Counted from the first letter of the stretch, positions 11,335-24,341 are shown. The stretch is 64,000 bases of DNA from Lama guanicoe (GCA_013239625.1 MU054338.1:5930724-5994723), one strand, 5' to 3'. The notes: generated by a model not told the origin, from the letters alone. Made by a program: numbers and translations.

Positions 11335-11560
11335 TCTGTCCAATCGGCGGCCCCTTCCTGTCTTTAATCCCGCCCAAGATGAGGTCTCATTGGTTACAGT
11401 GCACTTAGCTTTTCCATTGGTCCAAGAATCTGTTCATCAAAGCCAAATAACGTTTCCTAGCTCCTCCCTGGTGAAGGGGCAAATAACCTAGTCTGAGGAA
11501 GGAAAGGAGGCTTTTGAGGGAAATAAGGCTCTTCCCTGGGTGAGTCCGCCGGCGGAAGCA
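11335..11560 (-). promoter_or_regulatory. SWSAP1: SWSAP1 promoter with CCAAT boxes, GC box and ETS-like site
   Basis: CCAAT at 11340-11344, ATTGG at 11389-11393 and 11416-11420, CCCGCCC near 11369, CGGAAG near 11553, immediately upstream of the ATG. Confidence 0.6.
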
Positions 11561-13914
11561 GCACGAATACTATTATTGTGAGCTAATCAGCTAATCAGAC
11601 AATATAAGGGCTAAGATTTGGAGGGAGCGGGCCCTAATCACTGATACATTACTTAAAGTCTCCTAGCCTCAGTTTGCTCACCTGTAAAATGGAGCTCATG
11701 ATATCTCAAGAATATTGTGATGAGCATATTTCTGTGTTTTTGCTGATGTAACCCAATGACAGTGGAGAGGTGGAGATATGGATGAGCTGTGTGCTCCTCT
11801 CTCTGCATTTGAGTACCTGCACAAGTGTGTGTCTGGGCCTGCAGGCTTGCGGATTTTCGTGTGCATAACAGCAGCAGCCACCTCCGAGGATCTGTGAGAA
11901 GGGGAGTCTCAGCTTCCTCACTGACTGGGGGCCTGCTGGAGTCCTGCTTGGGGTACGAGGGTGGGGGAAGGCAGGACCACGGAACAAAAAAGGGGCCAGA
12001 AGAAAAGAGGCAAAGGGGCAGGGGCTGGGAGACTGAGGGAGAGCCACAACAGGACCTTGTCACGTTCACTTTGGTATCTCCAGCTCCCAGAACAGTGCCT
12101 TGCGCCTTGTAGATTCTCAATAGAGTTTCATTAAAGGAGTGAATGAAGAAAAGAAGGGAGGATCGATATAAAACTGGTAGAGAAGGAGGAACAAAGTGAG
12201 TGATCAAGTGATCACTGGTTGGGTCTCTTCACCTAGACTTCTCCCCAGAGCAGCCACTCATGCCCCTGTTGCCCTGGCAACTCTGTCTCCTGGTAACTTC
12301 AAAGTGGTGCTGTTGCCAGGAGACCCAGGGGCAGGGCAGAACTGTGATTTCCAGGGATTTCGCTCTCCCTCTGGGGCCAGAACACAGCTGAACAACATCC
12401 TCTGATACACCCACTCACACAGCTAGGCACCCCTACACCCCTCTACACACACACACACGCACGCACACACACAGCACAATGTTAGATTGCATTGTCAAAT
12501 GCACTACCTCAGCCCCATGATTCACCTCACTTTGCAACACTCTAAATGCACAGGCACCTAGTAGTGACACCCGTATTGCAGTTCCGCAGTTTTATACATG
12601 GGAGCATGCCAAACATAGCCCCATTTCAAGTCCTTTGCTCTTGCTGTTCTCTTGCCTAGAACACTCAGCTCCCAGAGCTCCCTCATTTTTTTTTTCATTC
12701 CATTCAGGTCTCTGCTCAAATATCACCTACTTAGAGAGGTTTTCCTTGGCCACCCGTGTAAAGTCACACCCCCTTTATTCTAACTGCTTATCCATCTTTC
12801 TCTTCAAACAACTCATCACTTCCAACCTTATGTAGTAATTTGATTGCCTCTCTCCCCACTAGAATGTCAGTTCCACCAGGGTAGAGTCCATCTTTCTTTA
12901 ACTGCTGGGTCCCCAGCTCCTAGAATAGCACCTGGCATACAGTAGATGCTCCTGAATGTAGCTGAGTGAGTACATTGCAGAGATGCAGACATTCGATGTA
13001 TCTCTCATGAACACAGTACTTCTTTCTTTCACTTCTCCGGATACCATTTTCACATCCTGATAGAAGGAACCTTACCATAGAGGGACTCCCTGAAGGAGGC
13101 AGGACTGAAGGGTGAGGGAACAGGGAAGTGGACAGCTCAGGTTCAGTGTGTGCTTCTCCTTGGTTTATCAGCATCCTCAAGTGATTAGTTCATTCATTTA
13201 GCAAACATTTCTTGAACATCTACTGTGTGCCTGGCCAGCTCTGTTCTAGGCACAGGGGTTCAGCAGTGAAAAGACAAAAATTCTCAGTCCTGGAGGACTG
13301 ACATCCTAGTGAGGGAGGAGATAATGGCCACCAAGCATAATGAGAAGTTTAAATAGTCTATGAGCAGATGATAAGTGTGTGAAAGAAGAAAAAAAGTTAG
13401 CACAGGAAAGTTGGAAAGGCTAGTTGTTTGGGTCTTGCAATTTTGAATAAGGTGGTAGGGGCAGGCCTCACTAAGAAGGTAACATTTGAGAAAAAGTTTG
13501 AAGGAGCTGAGGAGGTGAGCCATGCAGATATGTGGGGGAAGACCATTCCAGGTGGAAGCACCTGCAAGTGTAAAGGCCTGGATGCACTGGGAGATCTTTG
13601 GCTTTTACATAGAGTGCCATGGGGAGCCCTGAGAGGGTTTGAGCAGAGGAGGGTCGTGGTTTGACTTACATTGTCAAGCAGAGCTTAGTTTTGGTCCATT
13701 TGAGTTTGGCAGGCTATGAGACCCACTGGGGCAATTAAAGAAGCCCTTTGAATAAGAAAGCACAATTTAGTCTGGAGTTTCTACCTAAGATTTTCCAGCC
13801 TAGGGTGGGGTGTGGGCAAGGCCAGAGCTGCTGTCTCCACCCTCTCTAGTGGGTCCCAGACACTTCTTTGTGCCTGGCGGCCCCGACTTTTCCCTCTCCT
13901 AGCCCGTGCTTAGC

Positions 13915-13973
13915 ATCAGAACCATGGACAGCGCCAACTGGGTTGGCTGGTGGGCGCTGTCCACCGTGCTGAA
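13915..13973. promoter_or_regulatory. Two REST/NRSF RE1 silencer elements in inverted orientation
   Basis: + strand ATCAGAACCATGGACAGCGCC (13915-13935) and - strand TTCAGCACGGTGGACAGCGCC (13953-13973). Each has one core mismatch to the consensus NTCAGCACCnnGGACAGCGCC. Confidence 0.8.
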
Positions 13974-14504
13974 GTCTTGCTTCTTTCCCTGCCCGCAGTG
14001 ATAGCAGCTGTGCAACGGGAGGGACCATGGGTCTCAAGGGTGCAATCCCTGGAAACAGGAGCTCTGGGCGGTGAAGCAGGGGACTCCATGATTCTGTCCC
14101 TCTTCTGCCTTCAGCCCTCTCATGCTCCCATCTAATTCCCCTGGGGCCCACAATCAACCCCACCACCTCCCCCACCTCCTCTCCCTCTGTCTGCCCCTCG
14201 CTGGCTCAGCTCCAGCCACACAGGTCTCCTCACTGTTCCGTGAACACAGCAGACACGTTTCCACTTCAGAGCCTTGGTTCTTGCTGCACCCTCTGTCTGG
14301 AACTCTCCTCCGCCCCTGACCGCGCATATTTGCCTGGCTTCTCTCCCTCCCTCCTTCACACCTTATCTCCAGTGCCAACTCCTCCAAAAGAACTTCCCTG
14401 ACCACCCTCTTTAAACTGCAAACCGTGTCCCTATTCCAAAGCTGTCCCATTGTGTTCTCTAGCTTGAGTTTTCTCCTTAGCACTTATCAATACCTAACAT
14501 ATCA

Positions 14505-14790
14505 GAGATTTCAATCCCTGACCTAAATCCTTGATCCTAGAGTTTGGAGTTCAGAATTTTTCAGATTTTCAAAAGGCGTAATGCCATGTACTAACACCTC
14601 TAGTTGGACCTGGGATGACATTAGAAACCAAACACTATCTGCAATAAAACTTAAGAATATTCACATAAAGTTAAATTAATAAAAACTGTAATAACCTTAT
14701 GTCAGTTCAGGCCAGGTATTGCCACAGATGGGTTATGAAAACATTTTTGGCTTTCAGACCTTGAAATTTGGAATTGTGGCATTGTGTATA
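14505..14790. mobile_element. Degenerate Tigger/MER46-like DNA transposon
   Basis: AT-rich element containing TTCAGAATTTTTCAGATTTT and TTTTGGCTTTCAGA...TTTGGAATTGTGG, inserted between L2-like fragments. Confidence 0.45.
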
Positions 14791-15645
14791 ACTTATATAC
14801 CTTGTTTATTGTCTGTCTCTCGGGTGTTAGAACATGAGTTCCATGAGGGCAGGATTTTGTCTGTTCTGCTCACTTGCTGCAGCCACTGTGCTTAACTAAA
14901 TAGCACCTGGCATGTAGTAGGTGCCCCATAGTGTTCGTTGAATGAATAAGTGGGTGGATGAGTGAGTAAACGAGGAACAAAGGAAAGCAGACTCCCCTTT
15001 CCTAGTTTCTGGATGACTCTGCCCCGCATGGCCTGTCTGAAGCTGCTTAGAGCTAAAGTGTTTGTGGGGGGAGGGGAGTCTGTGGCTCCCTGTTCCTCCT
15101 ACCTTCCCTGGTCTCTGTTGGGTCCTCAGGGGTTGGTTCTCAGCACAAGCTCATGATCAGAATCCCTGCTGTAGTCCATGTAGTTCAAGGGTTCAGCTTG
15201 GAGGTTCCTATCATCCTCAGCATCCCCTTCACTCTTAGAACATTTTGGGTCCCCTCACCCTATTCCCTGTGTTCTCTGCACCCTGGTCATGGTCAGAAAC
15301 AGACCAGCCATCTGGGAAAAACAGTCAAGTGAGGTCCCTCACAGTGTGTTTGTGTGCCTTACATGTGGCTTGTGGGGCTGTTCGCATTTGACAGATGAAG
15401 AAATAAGGGCACAGAGAGGTTAATGAACTTTCCTGAGGCCACACAACCAGAAAATGCTGAGCCAGGATTTGAAGCCAAGTCACAGATCCCACAGCCCTAC
15501 AGTGCTTCTCCACAATCGCCCTTAGATACTGTGACAATACCTCCACTTCCAGCCTCACTGATACCTAGACCCACAATTAAAGTCTTCCACACCCTGCCAC
15601 CTGGGGGAGGAAGGCAGGTGGCCAAACTTCTGTTACAAACAGGTC

Positions 15646-15651
15646 TTTATT
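15646..15651 (-). terminator. PLPPR2: PLPPR2 polyadenylation signal
   Basis: AATAAA on the minus strand, about 940 nt after the long-isoform stop and just before MIR-like repeats begin. Confidence 0.7.
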
Positions 15652-16593
15652 AAAGATGAGGAGCAGGCAGGAAAGGGGGGGCAGTGTCTCCCCTGCCCAC
15701 AGCCTTTGGCTGCCTAGGGTGGAGAGCCCTCTCTGCTCCACTCATGCCTCTGTGATGGCACAACTGTATGAGGCTGAGGCATAGGTGGCAGTGTGAAGAA
15801 CAGGGATGGGTTCTAAGGGGAAAAAAGTCCTTTCCCACAGCCCTAATAAATAACAGAAGGATTTGAGGTGGCCTGGGCACAGAGAAGGGGAGACAGCACC
15901 CTGAAACCCAAAACCTCTGAACTGGGGCAAGCCCTGCATAAGTAAGGAGTCAAGAGGACTGGGTGAGAGATTGCATGTGGGGGAGGGGCAGAGAGGAGAA
16001 GGGGCACCCCAAGGACCCTGCCATGGGGGAGCCTGCCCCCCACCCTCCAACTGGACTCTGATTATGAGGAGAGAGGACCCAATGACAAAGGATAACCCCA
16101 TCTCCCTCCTCTCCTTTGTATATGCTTAGACATGGGCGGTCCCCCATTGACTGGAATCATACCCACCCACCCTAAAAATTCTGAGAACCAAGGACTCTTA
16201 TTGGTTGTTCAAACGCTGAACACTGGCTGGAGCTGCCCACTTGCCTGAGGAGTCTAAGAAGTAATGGGGAGGCTACTATTGGCTGGAGTAAACTCCTTTT
16301 GGTTAAAATTCTAAGAACTGGGGGGCCCCCATTGGCTGAGCAATGGCGGGGGGAGGCTTTGGCCCTTAAAGGTCAATCTTAGGAGGCAAGAACCCCCCAC
16401 CCAATTTTGCCCACTTGGAAGATGTCCCATTGGGCAAGAGAGGCAGGGGGTTCCTCAGATGTCCTTCCAGTCATCGTCTGATGTCTAGGCCTGGCTGGTT
16501 TGGGGACAGGGGCTTTGGCACTCACACAACACACGCACACACATGTGGCGGGGAGAAATGGGGACCGGGTAGATTCTGGGTGGGTGTCAGGCC

Positions 16594-19500
16594 TCACAGC
16601 AGGTGGTCACGGCTGGCAAATAGATAAGGGCTGAAGTTGTCCCGGTGGAAGGGGGAGGGATAGAGTCCGCTAAGGGTATACAGGTCCCGCAGCAGGGGCG
16701 TGGGCAGCAGCAGCTTCCGGCCACGGCCACCCCCCCCACCCGGCCCCCCAGGCCCAGGGGAGGAGGGGGAGGGGCCCTGGCTGGGGGTTGGCGCTGGCAG
16801 GGGCAGGGGCAGAGGCAGGGGCGTCGGCTCAGACCTCAATCGAGGGCGGGGCACACGGGGCGACGAACACATGGCTGGAGCCCTGGAGGACACGCAGCTG
16901 GGAATCAGGTGGCCACGGCGGGCGCAGTTCTGCGGCTCTGGGGATCAGGGATCAGAAGTCAGGGGATTAGAGGGGGGCCACAAGAGCACAGGTGAGACCT
17001 CTGTGGCAGTGACTGCCATCTGGAGGTCCCCCCACTTCCCCGCGTTCCCTTGACACTCACTGGATGGGGTGAGCCGTGCCGGTGTCGAATGCGGCCTGCA
17101 GGCCTCGGGTTCCTGAAGCAAAGAGGTAGAGGGAAGGGGCTAGCGGCCCCCTGGGCCCCGCTGGCCACAGCCACGAGGGGCTCATCGGGCAGAGAACCCA
17201 GTGGAAAAGACGACCAGTTTTCAGGATTAATCAGGTCCCCTTGGGAGGGAGAAGGGGGCACATCTGGATCCACAGAGATAAGCGATCTCTCTACCTATCC
17301 ATGGCCCTGAGACCCCCCCACCTCCTGCCTGACTGTCTACCTCCGTGGTTCCCCTCCACCCACCACCCTCTCCAGCCGGGAGCAGCCCCCAGCCCCCCTT
17401 ACCTGGGCCACACTTAACTTTTCGAGGGGGCTATCCATGGTGGGGGCTTGGCTCAGGTCCTCCCAAGGAGAGAGCCTTCGGCCAGAGGGTGGCCGGCTCT
17501 GGAAGTTGTGCACGACACAGGTGACCTGTGACAGAGGGAGAAGGGTGGGCTGAGGTCTGAGGCTAATAAGGTAATTACCATCCCCAGTTTTCAGACAGGG
17601 AAACTGAGGCTCAGGTTTTCAAAAACAGCACTTTAATGGTGCTTACTATGTGCAGAACCCTGTTATTCCCACTTTGCTAAGGATAGATACTATTATTATT
17701 TATTCCACAAGGGTGGGGATAAGCAAGGCCAAGTCGTGTACCAGCAGGATCTGATCCTGCCCTCATTTGAATCTTTGATGTTTTGGACATTATGGGCTTT
17801 TGCATTAATTTTTAAAAATGCTTCATTTAAATAATATTTATCTTGATTATTGAGTGTTTTGGCACTCTTAGGTTCTGTACTCAAGTGAGGGCCTCACTCG
17901 CCTTATCCTGGTCCCAGTGCCGTTATCTCATTTGACAGATGAGAATGTCCAAGCTAGGTAAGGTTAAGGGACTAGCCCAAGGTCACACAGAGTCCACACC
18001 CTTCACCATCATATGGTCCTGCCTCTTGGGACAAGGACAGATGTTAAGAGGCTCACCAGAAAGGTGGCGATCGCCGCCCCGGTCAGGAAGCCGGCCAGCA
18101 CGTCGGACCAGTGGTTGCGATATTCGGCCACGCGGACCACGCCCACCAGGAAGGCGGGGCACAGCAGGGCCAGGCAGAGTGAGGGTTTGACCAGGCGGGA
18201 GCCCTTCACACGGAACACAAGTGTCACGTACATCTGCAAAAGCCAGATGGGTCAGAGGACACACGGCAGTGGCAGTCGCCAAACTCAACCGAACACTGCG
18301 TTCGAGGCTAGGGGGCATGGCCAGAATCCTGAGGAGCCGCTGGAGGCTCTGGCTAGGGGCTCCAGGGAACAGAGCCAGGGGTACAGGGGTTCAGGGAGTG
18401 GAGTCATGGACCCCCAGTGGGCCCTTGCAGGGATGGGGTTGTGACCAGAGCATTAAAGAGCAGTGGCTAGGGGCTCAAGTCTCTGGAGGACCAGTCCCAG
18501 ATGGGGAAAGATGCATACTGGGTTGGGGTGTGGCCACAGAACCAGAGGGTGGAGTCAGGGCCCAAGAGGCAGGTCCAGGAGCTCCAGGAGGTGGTCCCCA
18601 AACCCCTGGGGACCATAGGGTTAGAAGCATAATCCCCAATGCTAGAAAAAGGAGTCAAAGCAACAGGGGGTGCGACCAGGGAAATGCAAGGGACAAAGTC
18701 AGGAAGTTCCAGCAAAATCAAGTCAGGTGCATGGCCAGATCAATAAAGGGCAAGGACAAAGTGGATGACAAGAGATCCAGGGAATGGAGTTGAAAGCTCA
18801 CTACCCAGTCACCCAGTAAATATCCAGGACCTATAGCATCGAGGGGACATAACTTGGCGTCAGGAGATGGAGTCCTGCGCTCCAGGCCCTGTGTTCCAAA
18901 GAACCAATAACCGCCTTCAGGCATGCCACTACTAGGTCAGGAGGCGTGGCCAGATACCAAGTGATGCAGTCAAGACTACAGCCAGACTCAAGCTAGGGGC
19001 ATGGCCAGCGGGTGAGGGGAGGAGTCAGAGCCTGAGCTGAGTAGATTCCACCCCAGGGGCGGTGTCACAGCCACGAGGCATGGCCTCAACCCTGTAGGCT
19101 CTAGCCCTGAGGGTCCACTGCCCGCTGGCCGCCCCGTACAACCCTGCCCCCATTTCGGGGCTCACCGCTGTGTAGGTGACGGCGTAGGCGCAAAGGGCAG
19201 CGTCCTTGCAAGGGAAAGCTCGGCGCGCAGCGGCCACCAGGCTGGGGCTGCCCGCGCAGGCGCCTTGGTCAGTGACGAAACGGTCGGGCCCTGGTCGGTC
19301 CGGTGACGGTGGCAGACAGCCCAGGGCCGTGTAGTTGGGGCGGCACACGGACAGGAAGTGCGGCGTGGGGTTGCCGGTCACCACCTGCCCCGCATTGGCG
19401 AAGATGGTTGTGGTGAAGAGACCAAAAGAGTAGACCCCTGCAATCGGATGGGAGAAGGGGTTCATGCCAGGGCCCTGATGCCCCAGTGGCTGTCCTCCTG

Positions 19501-21312
19501 TGAGTCCTCTATGGCTCATCTGGGCCCCTGTCTCCTTGTTCCTATGCCTGCCATTAAGGCACACCTGGGACTTCCCCTAACACCATACTCCATAATAGTG
19601 GAGCCATGTTCCTCTTCCCTTGGGACCACCATGATGGCACTCTGGGCCTCTAGCCTCTGTCCCTCTGGGATTACCACTATGTTAGGAGGGGACCCTCCTC
19701 TGGAACCCATTATAGCTGGGCTGGGACCCCTTAGCAGCATTACATCAGGACTGGACCCATGCCTGGGGCCTCCTAGGACCACACTGATGGCAATTCTGGG
19801 CCTACAATACCTGTCCCTGGACTCGCTTTTGATTGCTGAATTGATCAGTTTTCTCCTGGATCATCAATCAGCCAGAGCTGAGTCTCCAGCACTTTGCCAC
19901 AAGGACCACTACTTTGGACAAGCTCTGCCCTTCTGCTACCCCAAGTCCACCAATTGTGGCTGGGACCAAATTCATAGCACAGCCAGGGCCCTCATCTCCC
20001 TGCCCCTGTGGCCCCCTGGCATTTGTCCTGTGTCTTTTCTGCCTGAGACTCTCCTTGTGGCAATTTGGGGCCCTCCTCTTATAGGTGCCAGCATGGCTTG
20101 CTTAGACCCCCCCCCCACCATGTCCCTAGAACCTCCACTATGTCTAACTCTTTTGCCACATGAAGTCACTATCATGGCAGTTCAAGGCCCTCTTCCCCCT
20201 GGAATTCTTATGATGGCTGAGCCTGGCCCATATGCCTTCATGTAGCTGACCCCTGGCCCAGTCACTCACCCAGAAAGCGGACCAGCCTCCGCAGCGGGGG
20301 GCTAAAGCGGCAGCAGGCCCCGGACACGATGGTGCTCTCCCCAATGATAGGGATGGCTGAGGGCGGTGTGGGGAAAAAGGCACGCGCCAGCTCCCCCAGC
20401 AGGATCTGTGGGCAAGACCAAGGTGTTGGGTTGAAGGGTGTCTTCCTGGCCTTCAAGCCCAGCCCCCCATCCACCTCCACCTGGCCCTCCTGCCTCCTGG
20501 AAGGCCCTCCCCACAGTCCAGGCCAGGCTACCCCAAGTCTCACTGTAAGTGTGGGCCCAGCGGTGACCAGCGCGTAGACCAGTGCCGGAGGCACTCTGCT
20601 GGCAGCCTCAGGTCCCGGGTAGGGCTTGGCGTATGTACTGTCATAGCAGAAGAAGCCCTGGGTGTGCACTGGGAAGGTGTCCGTGAACTCCAGGCGGTAA
20701 GCAAGCAGGACCACGATGCCCAGCAGCACCGACTGTTGCCCAGCCAGGGCAGGGAGAGAGATGGAGAAAGGAGAGAGAGGGTCAGGCCTGAGGTGGGCCA
20801 CGGAGATGGAGACACAGAGATGGAGACAAGAGACAAGAAGGAGAGAGACAAGGAAAGATGAAGAGGAGAGAGGAGATGGGACTAGAGAGAGGGAGAGAGA
20901 ACAGGGCCAGTGCTCAGAGAGACAGTGGGTGTTGGAGGGACTGACTAATAGAGAAAGAACGAATACTACTGATGTAAGCACTAGCAGCCTTAACGCTTCT
21001 TGTGGGCAGGGCATCATACCAAACCTCTTCCATGAATTAATACATTTTACTTTCATAGTAGCCCCAGGAGAGAGGGACTCAAATTATGCCCATTTGACAG
21101 ATGAGGAAACTGAGGCTCAGGAGGGTATATGAGGTGCCCAGAGTCCCACTGTAAAGATGGGCAGAGCTGGATTGGAAGACCGGGTGCACCACTTCTGAAG
21201 GTGCCCTTGAGGTTCTGGTGGGGAGGTACCAGCGCGTGATCCTCACCTCCACGAAGACAAAGCAGGGAATAATGGAGAAGCTCCTCTTCAGCTGAGGTCT
21301 CCCTCCCGCCAT
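16594..21312 (-). CDS. PLPPR2: Phospholipid phosphatase-related protein 2 (LPPR2/PRG4); 452-aa isoform and alternative 343-aa isoform
   Basis: Coding exons 21247-21312, 20544-20732, 20270-20405, 19166-19437, 18057-18233, 17403-17525, 17061-17112, 16594-16937 (1359 nt). Sequence MAGGRPQLKRSFSIIPCFVFVE...GFFCYD...NPTPHFLSVCRPNY...FPCKD...VRVAEYRNHWSD (degenerate PAP2 catalytic motifs), proline-rich tail ending FASRDHLL. The alternative donor at 17419 gives 1032 nt ending SRRTAPAVAT, stop at 16905-16907. Confidence 0.96.
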
Positions 21313-23595
21313 GGTTAAGGCTGGGCCTGTGGAGATGGGAAGGGAGTGGGGCCGCCAGGGCAGGGCCTGGGGGAGGCTCACGTCCCTTGCTCAGGAAGTC
21401 CTCTGGCCACACCCTGGCCCCCATCCCTGGAGCTACAGCTGAGGAGCCTGGCTCCGCCCCCTGAGGCTTCTGGCCACGCCCCTGCAATCCAGGTCTTGCC
21501 CCCACCCTTGCTCATTGGAGGCAGGGGTCTCCCCTGACATGACCTGCTCAGCTCAGCCTCTGCTGGGGACCCCACAGGTAGTATCGTGGTCTTCTTCCCC
21601 CACAGCCTACATAGGAGGGTCACAGCCCCACACCTTTTAGGAGGGCACATCCTCCTTAGCTTGCGGGACCCCTCCCTTCAGTCTTTAGCAGAGACTTCTC
21701 CAGCTTAGTGGGAACCCCCGTAACAAAGAAGGGTCCATTTAGAAGGGTCCTCAGCCTCACTAGTTTTCAGGAGACCCCATCCTCTTTCCCTACATGCTTT
21801 ACATGAGACCCATACTCCCTGTTCCCCACCTCCACCAGGCCCCTCCCCTGAGCTCCTTCCCCCATGGCCCACAGAGTCCTCTCTCTCCTGTCCCCATGGG
21901 CTGTGCCTGACTGGTTTGGGCTGATGGCCAGGCCCTCCTTCTCTCCCAGATGCCTCTCCCTCCCTCCGTTCTTCCCCCTCCTCCCAGTCTGTCTGCCTCC
22001 CTGTATCGCAAGGGGGGGCTATCTCCCCCTCAGTGCTCTCCCTCTCCCCAGTCAAACCTCAGTCCCCAGCACTGAGGGGCCAACACAGCCACACCTGCTT
22101 GATCCCTTCTCCCCGCCTGACCTCACCTGTGAAAGGGACCTATGGCTTCCCACAGGCCACTGCTGCCACACCCACAGACTCACAGCCGCTCCTGGTGGCC
22201 AGCAGGGCAGAGATAGTCACCCCCATTGCACAGATGTGGAAATGGAGGCCCAGGCAGGCGAGGGTAGGCACTCTGAGTCCAGTGCCCCATCCAGTGGCTT
22301 GCTCTGCAGTGTGACATGTGGGGTGAGGGTCATAAGAGATCCCAGATGCCTGAGATGCCCACCTGATCATGGCTCCCTCCCCCTCCCAGAGACACAATCA
22401 CACACACTGGCTCCCCCAGAGTACACAACTCACCAAGAGTCTCCATCCCAAACATCACACACACACACACACACACACATACCGTGGCACAGCAGTTGTC
22501 CATCCCACCAACAAGGATCAAGGGCCTGCTGGGTTCCAGGCACTGCCCTGGTTACCAGCCTTGTGGTGAACAAGACAGGCTCGCTCATTCAGACAGGTGC
22601 CCAACACCCACTACACATATAACTGCACACTCACACACAGCACAGTGTGCACACGGCCTGTCACAAACACCCACACAAATCAAACAATCTCCCCCAACAC
22701 ACTGGGAGTCACTGGGCCACAACAGGAGGTCCTTCACACACCTCACAGCCCCACATACTGCCCCACTGGAGCCCTCACTCCACCACCGTCAGGGACATAG
22801 ACTCGAGACTGCCAGCACACTTAAGAGCCAGATCAAAAAAAGTCACCACACACAATGGGGGCGTCACAGAACTGGTCACAGTGTCACACCCCCAATTACA
22901 ACGCACTCAGTGACACACATTAATGGTCTCTCATCCACACTGGTAGTCATAGGAAAGCACCGCTCCATCCACAACCACAGCCACATGGCCACACAAGGGC
23001 ACATACATGGACCATGGCACAGACTTGCACACAGAGCCACACGAGAAAGGCACATGATCACAGCCACATACTGGAACACAATAACGGCCCCCCACACACC
23101 ATCCGAAGGAACACACAACAGCGGTCACACAATGACAGTCATATGCACACAACCATACAGAAACCAAGACAGCCACACAATCACTGGAATAGCAGTCACA
23201 CACTCAAAGGTGGCCACAACCACACAGCCACCACACACACACACACACACACACACAATCAGAGTGATACCCACGGACACAGCGGCACAATGACAGCCAC
23301 AGGAGACACAACCACACAGGCACCCCTGAAGCCGCACAATCAGTCTTACAGCCACACTCTGACACATAACGACAACCACACAATCACCGCCAGCCTCATT
23401 GGGGTCCCCTCCCCGTGGTCCCCTCCCCCAGCCCGGTCCCCAAGCCTCAGCTCGCAGCCTCCCCTCCCCCTCCCAGCGCTGGACCCACAGGAGACCCGAC
23501 CCACAGGAACCGAACCCTGGCCAGACAGACGGACCACGAGGGTCGGAAGCCCGCAAGAAGGGGTATAGGGGGCACCCCGAGCCCTTACCCCTCAC

Positions 23596-23870
23596 CGGGT
23601 CGAGACTGCCTCCGCCTGAGCCCCGGCTCCGCCTAGACGGCCCCGGCGCGGCGGGACGGACTGACAGACAGAGGGCTGGCGAGCGGGCCAACGCAGAGAT
23701 GGAGATGCTGCCTGCCGGCCCGGCTGAGCCGCGCAGACTCAGCGGCGGGGCGAGGGGCGGGGCCTCCGGGAACATCATTTGCATAACCCGTGGGGCGGGG
23801 TCTCGAAGTGTCTCATTAGCGTGATCCGGGGTGGAGCCTCGGTTGTTCTTGGGGGCGGGGCGTGTCAGAA
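23596..23870 (-). promoter_or_regulatory. PLPPR2: PLPPR2 CpG-island promoter and non-coding first exon
   Basis: CpG-rich stretch with GC boxes (GGGGCGGGG near 23754, 23792, 23852), octamer ATTTGCAT at 23777-23784, and a minus-strand donor CCG|GTGAGG at 23596/23595. Confidence 0.7.
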
Positions 23871-24295
23871 TAGATTCAGGAGGGAAGGGAGGTTGGAGGT
23901 TGAGAGGGAGGACGCAGGCGAGTGCTGAGAGGAAAAGGAGGGTATGGTGTCAGAGCATGACCTGGGGCCGCGACCCTCCCTCCCTGGGCCTCAATTTCCC
24001 CCATTTGGGCAGTAGGGACAGTAGGCCAGATAGTCAGGACACCCCAGAAAGGAAGGCTGGTGGCTTGTGTGGAACACCTATCTGGCCACTCATATCTAAA
24101 CAGACTGATCCTTGACTTTGCCATATTGTAAATCCAGCCTCACACTGTCCCCTGACCCTAGGCCTACACATCCCACACAGCCCCTGAAGTCTCCACACTC
24201 TCCCCAAGACTGGGTAGTAAATTGAGGTGGGGTCACTCTCAGGCACAGGAAACAGCAGGAGCAACAGTCCACAGGTGGAGGAGGGTCTCAGCTAG

Positions 24296-24301
24296 TTTAT
24301 T
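24296..24301 (-). terminator. CCDC159: CCDC159 polyadenylation signal
   Basis: AATAAA on the minus strand 40 nt after the stop codon. Confidence 0.75.
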
Positions 24302-24341
24302 TTCTCTCTGGAGGGGTCTTCGGGAGAGCAGTCCCAGCTGC

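Noticed and set aside
18057..19437. Missing catalytic residues in PLPPR2 (FPCKD, RVAEYRNHWSD)
   Set aside because: A known property of PLPPR pseudophosphatases, not a sign of pseudogenisation.
22484..23568. Long His/Thr-rich ORFs (269 aa and 184 aa)
   Set aside because: Produced by CA-rich low-complexity sequence in PLPPR2 intron 1; no recognisable domain or splice context.
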